Origin: Candidatus Saccharimonadota bacterium
GTDB taxonomy: Bacteria; Patescibacteriota; Gracilibacteria; UBA1369; 2-02-FULL-48-14
Length of the DNA stretch: 32,000 nt
Direction of reading: 5' to 3'
NCBI GenBank assembly: GCA_016699145.1
Contig: CP064962.1
Coordinates: 270,001 to 302,000 of the forward strand
The notes under the pieces were generated by a model. The model saw nothing but the letters and a program-made list of their open reading frames with translations, searched no databases and was not told the origin of the DNA. Shown here piece after piece: positions 9,257 to 23,723 of the stretch (position 1 is its first letter; every line of letters starts with the position of its first letter). A program made the position numbers and the translations under genes.

Positions 9257-10222
9257 ATGCGCATTCTTTCTGGAATCAAACCCACCGGACGACCTCATCT
9301 TGGAAACTATTTGGGCGCCATGCGAGAGCACATTGCCCTGCAAAATGAAGGCCATGAATGCTTATATTTTGTGGCCGATTACCACGCCCTCACCACGGTG
9401 AAAAACGCGGCCGATCTCAAAGAATTTCGCCGCGGAGTGGCTCTCGACTACCTCGCCCTTGGACTCGATCCCAACAAAGTGACTTTTTTTTACCAAAGCG
9501 CTGTTCCCGAACATGCCGAACTCGCTTGGATTTTAAACTGCATCGCCCCTCATGGGCTCCTGGAACGCGCCCATGCTTGGAAAGACGCTCTCGCCAAGGG
9601 TCAAAGGGAAATGAATGTGGGGCTCTTCACTTATCCAGTACTGATGGCAGCGGATATTTTGATTTACCAAACCAACCAAGTCCCTGTGGGCCAAGATCAA
9701 AGACAGCACGTGGAAATAGCACGAGACATTGCCGAAAAATTCAATGGACATTTCGGAGAAACCTTCACCCTTCCTGAACCTCGCATCGAGAAATCCGTGG
9801 CAACTGTCCTTGGAACCGACGGACAAAAAATGAGCAAAAGTTACGGGAACACCATCTCTATTTTCGACGACGAAGCTGTCATTAAAAAACAGATCATGGG
9901 CATCAAAACCGCCAGCATCGATTTGAAAGACCCCATGCCCATTGAAAATGATCTCATTCTAGGACTTTATGAACAATTTTCTAGTTCACAAGAACTCGAC
10001 GCCTTAAAAGCCAACTATCGAGCTGGCGGCTTCGGCTACGGAAAGGCCAAAGAAGCTCTCTTTGAAAAAGTACTGCACTTTTTTGCAGAAGCACGAGCTC
10101 GTCGTAAAGAACTCGAAAGCTCTCCTCAACTTGACGAACTCATGGAGCTTGGCGCTCAAAAAGCACGCACGCTCGCTCAAGCCACCATGCACTTGGTTTA
10201 CAAAAAAATAGGCCTCGATTGA
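9257..10222 (+). CDS. trpS: Tryptophan--tRNA ligase
   Basis: Class I HIGH-type motif (GIKPTGRPHLGNYLGA), a KMSKS motif, and the TrpRS-typical YPVLMAADIL...VPVGQDQRQHVE. Confidence 0.93.
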   Translation: MRILSGIKPTGRPHLGNYLGAMREHIALQNEGHECLYFVADYHALTTVKNAADLKEFRRGVALDYLALGLDPNKVTFFYQSAVPEHAELAWILNCIAPHGLLERAHAWKDALAKGQREMNVGLFTYPVLMAADILIYQTNQVPVGQDQRQHVEIARDIAEKFNGHFGETFTLPEPRIEKSVATVLGTDGQKMSKSYGNTISIFDDEAVIKKQIMGIKTASIDLKDPMPIENDLILGLYEQFSSSQELDALKANYRAGGFGYGKAKEALFEKVLHFFAEARARRKELESSPQLDELMELGAQKARTLAQATMHLVYKKIGLD

Positions 10223-10233
10223 CCCCATGCCCC

Positions 10234-10860
10234 ATGAAAAAACTCCTCGCCCTTATCTTAAGCCTCACCTTATCGGCTCCTTTATCCCTGGCAGAGAGCA
10301 GTGCCTTGGACTGCAGCCATCCCTTTGCCGACCTCACCGACCATTGGGGTGAGAATTCCATCTGCGAGCTCTATGAACTGGGAGTGGTGAGCGGCTACTC
10401 CGAAAAAACCTTCAGCCCCAACACTGAAATGACCCGCGCCGAGTTCGTTAAAATTCTCGTCGAAAGTTTGGGATACCACGTTTATGCGGTTCAAAGCGCC
10501 GCCTTCACCGACCTTCATCCTCAAGATTGGTACTACGCCGTGGTGAGCTTCGCCCGGTCCAAAGGCTTTATCTCGGGTTATTCAGATGGGAGCTTTCATC
10601 CCAACGCCCCCATCACTCGGGCAGAAGCAGTGGAATTGCTCATGAATGCCTCGGGCCACTCCAGTGCCGACACCACGAATTTAAACCACCAATTTTACGA
10701 TGTCACTGCCGAAGATTGGTTTGCCCCCGCCTTGGCCTTAGCCTTAGAAAACGACATTGTTCAAGGATATGGAGACGGAAGTTTTCGCCCAAATAACCCT
10801 ATTTCCCGAGCCGAAGCTTGCGAAATTTTGGTAAACGCCTTAACCACGGTACTCAATTAA
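10234..10860 (+). CDS. Secreted protein consisting of three SLH domains
   Basis: The listed start at 10219 is TTG. The ATG at 10234 gives the signal peptide MKKLLALILSLTLSAPLSLA. There are three SLH repeats: FADLTDHWGENSICELYELGVVSGY, FTDLHPQDWYYAVVSFARSKGFISGYSDGSFHP and FYDVTAEDWFAPALALALENDIVQGYGDGSFRP. Confidence 0.85.
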   Translation: MKKLLALILSLTLSAPLSLAESSALDCSHPFADLTDHWGENSICELYELGVVSGYSEKTFSPNTEMTRAEFVKILVESLGYHVYAVQSAAFTDLHPQDWYYAVVSFARSKGFISGYSDGSFHPNAPITRAEAVELLMNASGHSSADTTNLNHQFYDVTAEDWFAPALALALENDIVQGYGDGSFRPNNPISRAEACEILVNALTTVLN

Positions 10861-10878
10861 AAAACTCTTCCAAAACGC

Positions 10879-10907
10879 TTGAAAAAAAGCTCATTTTCGG
10901 GTAGAAT
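10879..10907 (+). promoter_or_regulatory. Sigma70-like promoter (TTGAAA-17 nt-TAGAAT) for the 10932 gene
   Basis: -35 TTGAAA at 10879..10884, 17-nt spacer, -10 TAGAAT at 10902..10907, 24 nt upstream of the ATG at 10932. Confidence 0.45.
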
Positions 10908-10931
10908 AGAGAGATTCATACAAAAACAAAA

Positions 10932-15997
<5,066 letters not shown>

Positions 15998-16001
15998 AGT
16001 T

Positions 16002-16796
16002 ATGATTCCTATTCTGTACGAATCCGGTTTTATTTCCATCCAAACCCTCTGGGTCTTCGCGGCCATCGCGGTACTCATCTCCAGTTATCTAGCTATTGAG
16101 CGACTCAAAAGAGCTCGTGTCAATTTCACTTTGCTCATTGAGCACAGCACCTTCATTTTAATTTGGAGCCTCCTTGTATCCCGCACCTTGTTTTTCATCA
16201 CGAACCACGATATCTATCGCCCCGCTTTCGACCTCAGAACTTTTTTCAGTTTCTTCTCCATTTGGGACCAAGGCCTTTCTTTTTGGGGCGCCATTTTTGG
16301 AGGAGGAATCGTGCTTTTCCTTCGGCTGAGAAAATCCGAAGAAAGCCTTTCTCGTTGGGCCGACGCCCTCATGGTGCCTTTGCTAGTGGGCCTTGGCATC
16401 GGAGCTCTGGGCGCCTTTTTAGGGGGATACGCCTACGGCACACCCACCGAACTTCCCTGGGGAGTGCTCTATGAAAGTTTCAATGTGAAATACACCGTGC
16501 CCATTCATCCGGTGCAACTCTATGAATGCTTGGCCATAGGATTGATTTTAGTCGGGAAACGCGGCTTGCAAAAAAAGACCTCTTGGTTCCAAAAAGACGG
16601 AAACTCCGCCCTCTACTTTGCAGGCAGCTACAGCTTCATCTGCTTTTTTCTTGAATTCCTAAGAGGAGATGATACACTCCAGCTCTTGGGTATTCGCCTC
16701 ACTCAAATTGCTTTTTTCTTTTTAACCCTGCTCTTCGCTTTCTTCATTTGGAAGCGCCTTAAACACCCTCACCATGGATCTCCTAAAACTCTTTAG
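16002..16796 (+). CDS. lgt: Prolipoprotein diacylglyceryl transferase
   Basis: The probable start is the ATG at 16002 (MIPILYESGFISIQ). The protein is polytopic, with the Lgt signatures YGTPTELPWGV and IHPVQLYE. Confidence 0.85.
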   Translation: MIPILYESGFISIQTLWVFAAIAVLISSYLAIERLKRARVNFTLLIEHSTFILIWSLLVSRTLFFITNHDIYRPAFDLRTFFSFFSIWDQGLSFWGAIFGGGIVLFLRLRKSEESLSRWADALMVPLLVGLGIGALGAFLGGYAYGTPTELPWGVLYESFNVKYTVPIHPVQLYECLAIGLILVGKRGLQKKTSWFQKDGNSALYFAGSYSFICFFLEFLRGDDTLQLLGIRLTQIAFFFLTLLFAFFIWKRLKHPHHGSPKTL

Positions 16797-17190
16797 TCCA
16801 GCTTACCTCTTCGATGCTTTTCCTGGCGCTGAATTTCCTTCACGCGTTTGGGTTTACGGCTTTTTCTTAGTGCTTTTTCTCTTGGGTTTAGTCCTGCCCC
16901 GCTACTTAAAAAACCGACCCCAAGCAAAAATGGAGCGCGTCTTTTTTGGAGGAATCCCCTATCGACTTTGTGAATTCGCCGTCGTAGGACTTTTCTTCAC
17001 CTTCTTAAGAGATCAAAATGTGCCTTACCTCGGCATGCGCGTATGGATGCTGGCCGTCGGCCTCTTCCTGCTCATCTACTTACTGTACGTTTGGAGGAAC
17101 TACCGCAAAAACTTTGCCACAGTGCTTCTCGCCAAAGAAAGCAAGAAAGAAGTGGATAAATATCAGCCCAAAAAGAAGACTCGCAAGTAA
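16774..17190 (+). CDS. Small membrane protein (about 3 TM, basic C-terminal tail), hypothetical
   Basis: The ORF overlaps the lgt 3' end by 23 nt. It has hydrophobic helices and a Lys-rich tail (KESKKEVDKYQPKKKTRK). Confidence 0.55.
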   Translation: MDLLKLFSPAYLFDAFPGAEFPSRVWVYGFFLVLFLLGLVLPRYLKNRPQAKMERVFFGGIPYRLCEFAVVGLFFTFLRDQNVPYLGMRVWMLAVGLFLLIYLLYVWRNYRKNFATVLLAKESKKEVDKYQPKKKTRK

Positions 17191-17192
17191 AG

Positions 17193-17702
17193 CTAGGCCA
17201 ATTTCAAAACCTCATAATCGGTTTTTCCATCCTTCATACTCACCGTCACCACATCGCCCACTTTAGCTCCAATGAGGGCCATCCCCAAAGGCGCTTCGTT
17301 AGAAATGCGACCATTGAAGGGATCAGCCTCTGTGGAACCTACCAAAATCAAATCAAACTCGGTCTTTTTCTTTAGATCCTTGATTTTAACTTTGGTTCCA
17401 ATTTCCACCACTTGCTTGGAGTGAGACGTGGTGTCCACCACCTTGGCACTCTTGATCATTTCTTCGAGTTCAAGGATACGTCCCTCCATAAAAGCTTGCT
17501 CGTTCTTAGCTTCTTCATATTCGGAGTTTTCAGAGAGGTCTCCATAACTGATGGCCTCCTTGAGACGTTCAGCCACTTGGCGACGACGAGTGGTGCTTAA
17601 AAGTTCGAGTTCATCTTGAAGAGCCTTGAGGCCTTCTTTGGTCACAACCAAGGCTTCATCATTTGAGCAGCTTGGGCTTTTTGGTGGTTTTGCGGTTGCC
17701 AT
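17193..17702 (-). CDS. greA: Transcription elongation factor GreA
   Basis: Coiled-coil N-domain with the GDLSENSEYEEAK motif and a C-terminal globular domain (ISNEAPLGMALIGAKVGDVV). Confidence 0.9.
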   Translation of the reverse strand: MATAKPPKSPSCSNDEALVVTKEGLKALQDELELLSTTRRRQVAERLKEAISYGDLSENSEYEEAKNEQAFMEGRILELEEMIKSAKVVDTTSHSKQVVEIGTKVKIKDLKKKTEFDLILVGSTEADPFNGRISNEAPLGMALIGAKVGDVVTVSMKDGKTDYEVLKLA

Positions 17703-17733
17703 AAAGGGTTTGTTAAGAGTCTAAGGGTTAAAA

Positions 17734-19050
17734 TCAGAAGTATGAACGAATCTTAATGCTCTTGGGATGTTCGCGCAATTTGTGAAGCACCTTGGCTTCA
17801 AGCTGACGGATACGTTCACGAGTCACGCCAAATTCATTGCCCACTTCTTCGAGCGTGTGCCCAATACCATCCTTGAGCCCAAAGCGCATCTCAATGATTT
17901 TGCGTTCACGAGGCGACAAATATTGCAGCATCTCATGGATATTCTCTTTGATGAGCTGGCGATTCGTTTGCTCGGAAGGACTGAGTGCATCGTCGTCTTC
18001 AATAAAGTCTCCCAGCTTGCTGTCTTCCTCGGCGCCCACCGGGGCTTCGAGAGAAACAATATCTTGAGAAATTTTAAGAATATGGCGCACCTTCTTCTCA
18101 TCCATATCCATTTCAGCCGCAAGTTCTTCAATCAGCGGCTCACGCCCAAGTTCCTGCACCAAGCGGCGCTGGGTGTGAGTGAGTTTGTTGATGGTCTCCA
18201 CCATGTGCACCGGAATACGGATGGTGCGAGCCTGATCCGCAATGGCACGGGTGATGGCTTGACGAATCCACCAAGTGGCATAGGTTGAGAATTTGAATCC
18301 TCGGTTTGGATCGAATTTTTCTACCGCACGGAAAAGACCAATGTTTCCTTCTTGAATGAGGTCCAAAAAGCTGAGCCCGCGTCCAATGTATTTCTTGGCA
18401 ATCGAAACCACGAGACGAAGGTTCGCCTCGGCGAGTTTGGCCTTAGCCGATTGATCGCCCTTCGCAATCTTGCGTGCGAGATCCGCCTCTTCTTTTGCCG
18501 TGAGCAAATCCACTTTCCCAATTTCACACAAATACATGCGAATGGAATCGTTTGCAATTTCCGAAAGATCGACGGTCTTTTTTGCCTTGTCCTTCTTTTT
18601 TTGAGCCGCAGCCGCTGCTGCGGCTGCATCGTCGTCATCGTCCTTTTTTTTCTTTTTGGCGGCTTTGTCTTCTTCAAGTTCATCTTCCCCATCTGTTGCC
18701 CCTTCAGCAAATTCATCTTCCGGCCCCGCTTCCACATCCGCAAGTTCCAAAAGATCATCGTCCAGCAAATCTTCATCCGAAGGACCCTCCTCCACTCCTT
18801 TTTCTTCTTTCTTTCCCCAGATCATCTCATCTTTTCGATCGATGAGTTCAATGCCAAGCTCCATGAGAAGCGTATAAACTTCATCGGCAAATTCAATGTC
18901 CTCTTCCAAGTTGGGAAGGGCATGCATGAGTTCTTGTTGAGTGACGAAACCGCGTTGACGACCCTTATCGACTAAATCCCGCACTTCTTGAGGATATTTA
19001 GCCAAGTTCTCTTCAGAGAAGTGAGCGATGAACTTCTTCGTTCGGGCCAT
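17734..19050 (-). CDS. rpoD: RNA polymerase sigma factor RpoD (primary sigma70)
   Basis: Regions 1.2 to 4.2 are recognisable: [58 protein letters not shown] and [28 protein letters not shown]. An acidic/low-complexity insert lies in the N-terminal half. Confidence 0.95.
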   Translation of the reverse strand: MARTKKFIAHFSEENLAKYPQEVRDLVDKGRQRGFVTQQELMHALPNLEEDIEFADEVYTLLMELGIELIDRKDEMIWGKKEEKGVEEGPSDEDLLDDDLLELADVEAGPEDEFAEGATDGEDELEEDKAAKKKKKDDDDDAAAAAAAAQKKKDKAKKTVDLSEIANDSIRMYLCEIGKVDLLTAKEEADLARKIAKGDQSAKAKLAEANLRLVVSIAKKYIGRGLSFLDLIQEGNIGLFRAVEKFDPNRGFKFSTYATWWIRQAITRAIADQARTIRIPVHMVETINKLTHTQRRLVQELGREPLIEELAAEMDMDEKKVRHILKISQDIVSLEAPVGAEEDSKLGDFIEDDDALSPSEQTNRQLIKENIHEMLQYLSPRERKIIEMRFGLKDGIGHTLEEVGNEFGVTRERIRQLEAKVLHKLREHPKSIKIRSYF

Positions 19051-19052
19051 GA

Positions 19053-20810
19053 TTAGAGGGTTTCGAAGTAAAGCAGCGTGAGGACTTTGACGAACTCTTC
19101 TCGAGCGCCTTCGCTCGTGGGGTTTTTCACCTCGGCTTCAAAGGCGATTGCGCGAAGTTTTTCAACCTGTTCCAGACCACTCCAAAACGTCTCGTCCACC
19201 GTGCCCGCACGATTATAGTGATCTTCAATCTGTTTGTAAATGGAACTTGCAGGCACTTCCGTGCTGAGTTTGGCAAGTTGAGCCGAAAAGTCTTGGCGGA
19301 AGTCCAAATAATGGCCTTCTTCAAGGCGGTAATAAGGTTTGATGAGGTCTTGTTGCTCAGCATTTTTTACAAAAGTTTCAAAACCATCAAGGCCTTTCCA
19401 TAACTCAAAGAAAAGGTCTGGATATGTAAGGAGCAAGCCCAAAAAATAAGTGACCAAGCGTTCTTTGTGCGAAAGTTTGCTGCCAAGAACTTCTTCCGTC
19501 TTTGCATGACTTCGACGAGGATTCACCTTCATCTGCTTCAAATAATCATAAAGCATCTCCACCGGCGTACCCACTTCCTTAGAAAGTCGCTTCAAATAAT
19601 GGTCTCGCTCCACCGGATGCTCCACACCCCGAAGCAGTTCTAAAAAAGCATCCGAAAAAGCCTTCTTCCCCAGCGGCCCACCAAGGTCGAATTGCTTTTG
19701 ATATTTTTCAAAATAAAAATCCAAATACGGCACTCGTGCCGAAACCGCATCCACCCACAATTGTGGATCTTGTTTCACGGCATCCGCAGCGTCTTTCCCT
19801 TCTGGAATTTGCACCACATGAATCTCAAGCCCCAGCGGTTGAGCAGTGAGCACCGCGCGTAAAAGTGCATCTTGCCCCGCCCCATCCGAATCAAAGGCCA
19901 AAGCCACTCGTTTAGTAAAACGTTTCACCAACTTGAATTGCTCCTCCGTAAGCGCCGTACCCGAAGTTGCCACCACATTGTTGACGCCCGCCTGCCAGGA
20001 GGCCATCACATCAAAGTAACCTTCCACAAAAACCGCCAAATCCTCGTCCTTCACAAAGGGTTTCGCTCGATTCAAATTGTAAAGCACGCTGCCCTTGTGA
20101 TAGAGCTCGTGTTCCGCAGAATTCAAATATTTAGGGTTGTCGCCCTTCTTAAGAGCGCGTCCACCAAAGGCAATTGTGTCCCCTTGCACATCGTGGATGG
20201 GGAACATCAGCCGCAAACGGAATCGATCGATCACTTCACTGGCTTGGGCATCGCGAGCAAGCACCAGTGTGCTGCGCAAAAGATCGTTTTTTTCATGTTT
20301 TTTTTCCAGCAAGGTTCGGTACAAAAGGTCTTTTCCATCCGGCGCAAAACCCACTTCAAAAGTTTTAATCGTGGCCTCGTGCATACCGCGCCCCTGGAGG
20401 TAAACGAGCACTTTTTCGGCATCTCCTTTTTCGAACAATTTTTGAACAAAAAAATTATTCGCATCCTCGTGAGCCGCCTTGAGTCGCTCTTTATCATCTT
20501 TCGAAATTTTAGGTGTAGATCCTGAAAATTTCGGCAAATCCACATGTGCTTTCTCTGCTAAAATTTCGAGGGCTCCTCGAAAATCCACACCCTCAATGTC
20601 TTGAATGAATTGAAAGATGTCCCCGCCCTTTTGGCAGGAAAAACAATAAGCCAACTGCTTTTCGGGGCTGACGTAAAAACTCGGCGTTTTTTCCTGATGA
20701 AAAGGGCAGCACGCCTTCAAATATTTGCCGCTGCGTTTGAGTTGCACATAGGGCGCCACAACGTCCTCCACCGAAAGTTTGGATTTGATTTCTTGAACCG
20801 GATCGAGCAT
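19053..20810 (-). CDS. dnaG: DNA primase
   Basis: Zinc ribbon [34 protein letters not shown] and a TOPRIM domain ([19 protein letters not shown]). It lies directly upstream of rpoD with a 2-nt gap. Confidence 0.93.
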   Translation of the reverse strand: MLDPVQEIKSKLSVEDVVAPYVQLKRSGKYLKACCPFHQEKTPSFYVSPEKQLAYCFSCQKGGDIFQFIQDIEGVDFRGALEILAEKAHVDLPKFSGSTPKISKDDKERLKAAHEDANNFFVQKLFEKGDAEKVLVYLQGRGMHEATIKTFEVGFAPDGKDLLYRTLLEKKHEKNDLLRSTLVLARDAQASEVIDRFRLRLMFPIHDVQGDTIAFGGRALKKGDNPKYLNSAEHELYHKGSVLYNLNRAKPFVKDEDLAVFVEGYFDVMASWQAGVNNVVATSGTALTEEQFKLVKRFTKRVALAFDSDGAGQDALLRAVLTAQPLGLEIHVVQIPEGKDAADAVKQDPQLWVDAVSARVPYLDFYFEKYQKQFDLGGPLGKKAFSDAFLELLRGVEHPVERDHYLKRLSKEVGTPVEMLYDYLKQMKVNPRRSHAKTEEVLGSKLSHKERLVTYFLGLLLTYPDLFFELWKGLDGFETFVKNAEQQDLIKPYYRLEEGHYLDFRQDFSAQLAKLSTEVPASSIYKQIEDHYNRAGTVDETFWSGLEQVEKLRAIAFEAEVKNPTSEGAREEFVKVLTLLYFETL

Positions 20811-20836
20811 TGAGGGGCTTAGAGAGCCGGATTATA

Positions 20837-21406
20837 TCACAAAGCTTTAAATTCCACGCTTTCCTTGAACAAAGTGCGGATTTCCTCGTAACGAAGTCCA
20901 GGGCAAATTGCGGCCGGAGAAAAGACTCCATAAAAATCGGTACCCTGTTGGTCAAATAAAAATTCCAGGCCCGTGAAGCCCTCACATATTCCTCCTTCTG
21001 AATCCCATTCAAAAGCTTGAGCAGAAGCAAGTTCCATCTCTCGAAGGCTTTCTATGGGATTTCCATCGTCATACTTTTGATCACTCAGATACTGCTCTGC
21101 CGGAGACAAAGCTTCCCTTCCAAAACTATTAACAACAAGCGCGGGGCCAGCATGTTCATAAACTCCCCCCTCCTCATTCCATTGCATAAAAATCAAGGTT
21201 TCTCCATAAGAGCCTTCCCCCACCGTTTCACGGAAAATAAAGAGGTCACCAGGGTAATCAAAACTGAGCAAATCATCGGAATATTGTTTCACCGAAGTCT
21301 CTTCCATAGAAGACAGATCGGTAGACTCGTCTGCGGGAGCCACCGTATTGCACGCCGAAACCAAAGCGAGTGAAAGGACTGCGACTAAAGAAAAAAGCTT
21401 TTTCAT
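20837..21406 (-). CDS. Lipoprotein, hypothetical
   Basis: Signal peptide with lipobox MKKLFSLVAVLSLALVSAC. No recognisable domain. Confidence 0.65.
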   Translation of the reverse strand: MKKLFSLVAVLSLALVSACNTVAPADESTDLSSMEETSVKQYSDDLLSFDYPGDLFIFRETVGEGSYGETLIFMQWNEEGGVYEHAGPALVVNSFGREALSPAEQYLSDQKYDDGNPIESLREMELASAQAFEWDSEGGICEGFTGLEFLFDQQGTDFYGVFSPAAICPGLRYEEIRTLFKESVEFKAL

Positions 21407-21425
21407 GATTTCCAGGTTTTATGAT

Positions 21426-21959
21426 TTAAAGAGTTTGAATATTCAAGTTTTTCAGAATTTGATCCAAAGCTTCACGCCCAGCCTCGGCATCGGCCTCAGG
21501 ACAGGTCTTCAAGACAAAACGCAGCACCTCTTCAGAAAAAGGAACCAAAGTCACACTCAGCGCGCAAGTGCCCTCCGCATCCATAAATTGATAAACATCA
21601 TACGATCCGACCCGAACCGGCGCCCCGGCTTTTTCGGCATCTTCAGCCACTGCAGCCACCCAATCGCTCATCACTTCCAGGCTGCTGCCTCCTAAAATTT
21701 CAAAGTGAGGCACAGAGGCATCCGCCGTTTCCATCAAAGTCATCAGACCTCCATCGTATTTCATGGAGTAAGAAAAAGTGCCATTTTTACTGGAGAAAGC
21801 TGCATCCAGTGGCAATTCCATCGCGGCTTCAGAAGAAAGGCTCACCACACCCTGCAAGTCCGTGTTAGACACTTCCAAAGGTTCTTCGTCCACTTGAGGC
21901 TGACAAGCGGTCACGAGCAAAGAGAGGGAAAAAAAGGCGAACAAGAGTTTTTTGGGCAT
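21426..21959 (-). CDS. Lipoprotein, hypothetical (distant paralog of the adjacent lipoprotein)
   Basis: Signal peptide with lipobox MPKKLLFAFFSLSLLVTAC. It shares a C-terminal two-Cys pattern with the 20837..21406 product. Confidence 0.65.
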   Translation of the reverse strand: MPKKLLFAFFSLSLLVTACQPQVDEEPLEVSNTDLQGVVSLSSEAAMELPLDAAFSSKNGTFSYSMKYDGGLMTLMETADASVPHFEILGGSSLEVMSDWVAAVAEDAEKAGAPVRVGSYDVYQFMDAEGTCALSVTLVPFSEEVLRFVLKTCPEADAEAGREALDQILKNLNIQTL

Positions 21960-21984
21960 GGAGGAGGAAAAAGACAGCCTCAGT

Positions 21985-23043
21985 CTAACTCGCTGGTTTT
22001 TTGGAGTAAAGCAAAAGCATCAATAAAAGCATGAAACCCAGCACCAAGATCAACGCCAGCAACTTGCCTTCCGTGTGCAGCAACAGAGCCAGCGAACCGA
22101 AAAGCGCAGAGCTGAGGGTGTAAAAGAGAACAATGCCCCGATCGGAATAACCCGCTTTTTGCAAACGATGATGCAAATGCCAAAGATCCCCCTTAAACGG
22201 CGATTGGCCCTTGAAAAGGCGACGCAACAAAACCCAAACAAAATCAAAGAAAGGAAAACTCAAAACCAAAAAAGTGGTGGCTATTTTTCCTCCAGAAATG
22301 AAAGCCGTCACGGCCAGCAAAAAACCGAGCACCATAGAGCCGGTGTCTCCCAGCAACATTTTGGGTTTAGGAAAATCCCAATACAAAAAAGCCAAACTCG
22401 CTCCAAACAAGATGGCCGAAAAGGCCACCGCCAAGGTTTGATCCACGGAATGAAAACCCGGCCTCATGCTCAAAACCAAAAGCACAAAAGACGCCACCGA
22501 AGAAACGCCGCTGGCCATGCCGGGCACTCCATCGATCCAATTGAAGGCATTGACCATGGCCACCACCCACGCCACCGTCAACAAGTCGGCTAAAATCGTA
22601 AACGTAAACGTGAGTTGCCCCAAGGTTACGGGGAACTCCCACACATCCAAAAGAAGGGGTTCGGGACCAAAAGGATTGGTGATGGAGCTCACTCCAAGGC
22701 CTCCCAAGACCAGCAAAAGCGCAGCCACGATTTGAATGGCAAAACGAAGGTAAGGGGAAAGTCCACGGCGATCATCCCAAAAACAAGTGATGGCCAAAAG
22801 AAGCGTGGCCAAAAGCACCGCTAAAACAGAGGGGCTCAAAGGCAAAAAATGCAAAACGGTGAACAAAATACCCAGCACCACCGCCACTCCCCCAGGGTAA
22901 GGAATAGGAGCACGATCATGACCGTAACGCTCCGGCCTATCCATCAGCCCCCAGCGAGGGAAAAAACGATGCGCTAAAAAAGAAAGCCCAAAAGTACTGA
23001 CGAAAGCCGTTGAGAACAAAGCCAAACAAGAAAGAAAAGGCAT
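21985..23043 (-). CDS. Polyprenyl-phosphate N-acetylhexosamine-1-phosphate transferase (GT4 family, WecA/TagO-like)
   Basis: Polytopic membrane protein with GLMDRPERYGHDRAPIPYPGG, NAFNWIDGVPGMASG and LGDTGSMVLGFLLA. These are closer to WecA/TagO signatures than to MraY. Confidence 0.85.
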   Translation of the reverse strand: MPFLSCLALFSTAFVSTFGLSFLAHRFFPRWGLMDRPERYGHDRAPIPYPGGVAVVLGILFTVLHFLPLSPSVLAVLLATLLLAITCFWDDRRGLSPYLRFAIQIVAALLLVLGGLGVSSITNPFGPEPLLLDVWEFPVTLGQLTFTFTILADLLTVAWVVAMVNAFNWIDGVPGMASGVSSVASFVLLVLSMRPGFHSVDQTLAVAFSAILFGASLAFLYWDFPKPKMLLGDTGSMVLGFLLAVTAFISGGKIATTFLVLSFPFFDFVWVLLRRLFKGQSPFKGDLWHLHHRLQKAGYSDRGIVLFYTLSSALFGSLALLLHTEGKLLALILVLGFMLLLMLLLYSKKPAS

Positions 23044-23073
23044 GGATTATTTATCTCACAGAGCTTAGAAATT

Positions 23074-23718
23074 TCAAAGCTTAAATTCACCAACGCGAGT
23101 GCGTCGAAGACCCGTTAAAATGGCTCCACAGCCCAATTTTTGCCCCAAATCGTGCACCAAGGACCGAACATAAGTGCCACTGGAAACCCGAACTTTAAAA
23201 GTGAGGCGCGGCAAGTGCAATTCCAAGTCCTCACCTTGCATTTCCACTTCCACCGCTTTCAACTCCACAGGTTTGCCAGCACGAGCCAGCTCATAAGCCT
23301 TTTTACCCTGAATTTTTTTAGCGGAAAAAGCAGGGGGCATTTGCAAAGTTTTGCCCCAAAAAGAAGCCAGCACTTCTTGAACAGTTTTTTTGTTCAATTG
23401 ACCTAAGTCAAATCCTGTTTCTTTCACCTGCCCCTCAGAATCGTAAGTGTCCGAAATTTTGCCCAACTCCGCTTCCACTTCATATTCTTTATCTGCCTTC
23501 ATGTACTGCGAAATTTGCTGGGTGGCTCCTCGCCCCACCGCCACCACCAAAAGTCCCGTTGCCAAAGGATCCAAGGTGCCCAAATGTCCAATTTTTTTCT
23601 CCTTCAAAAGGCCGCGCAGTTTGGCCACCACGTCGTGGCTGGTCCAAGCCGTGGGCTTATCCACCAAATAAAAACCTGGCACATGGGATTCACGAAAGGG
23701 GAAAGGAAAATCACTCAT
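23074..23718 (-). CDS. truB: tRNA pseudouridine(55) synthase
   Basis: The listed start at 23727 is TTG, and the ATG at 23718 gives MSDFPF. The catalytic motif is [16 protein letters not shown]. Confidence 0.9.
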   Translation of the reverse strand: MSDFPFPFRESHVPGFYLVDKPTAWTSHDVVAKLRGLLKEKKIGHLGTLDPLATGLLVVAVGRGATQQISQYMKADKEYEVEAELGKISDTYDSEGQVKETGFDLGQLNKKTVQEVLASFWGKTLQMPPAFSAKKIQGKKAYELARAGKPVELKAVEVEMQGEDLELHLPRLTFKVRVSSGTYVRSLVHDLGQKLGCGAILTGLRRTRVGEFKL

Positions 23719-23723
23719 ATAAA

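Noticed and set aside
18608-18627. Perfect 8-bp GC-rich inverted repeat (GCAGCCGC-tgct-GCGGCTGC) inside rpoD, next to long A/T homopolymer runs.
   Set aside because: It falls within the codons for an [17 protein letters not shown] low-complexity insert of sigma70. The palindrome is a by-product of GCN Ala codons, and no U-tract is adjacent on the sense strand. It is not a terminator or a regulatory hairpin.
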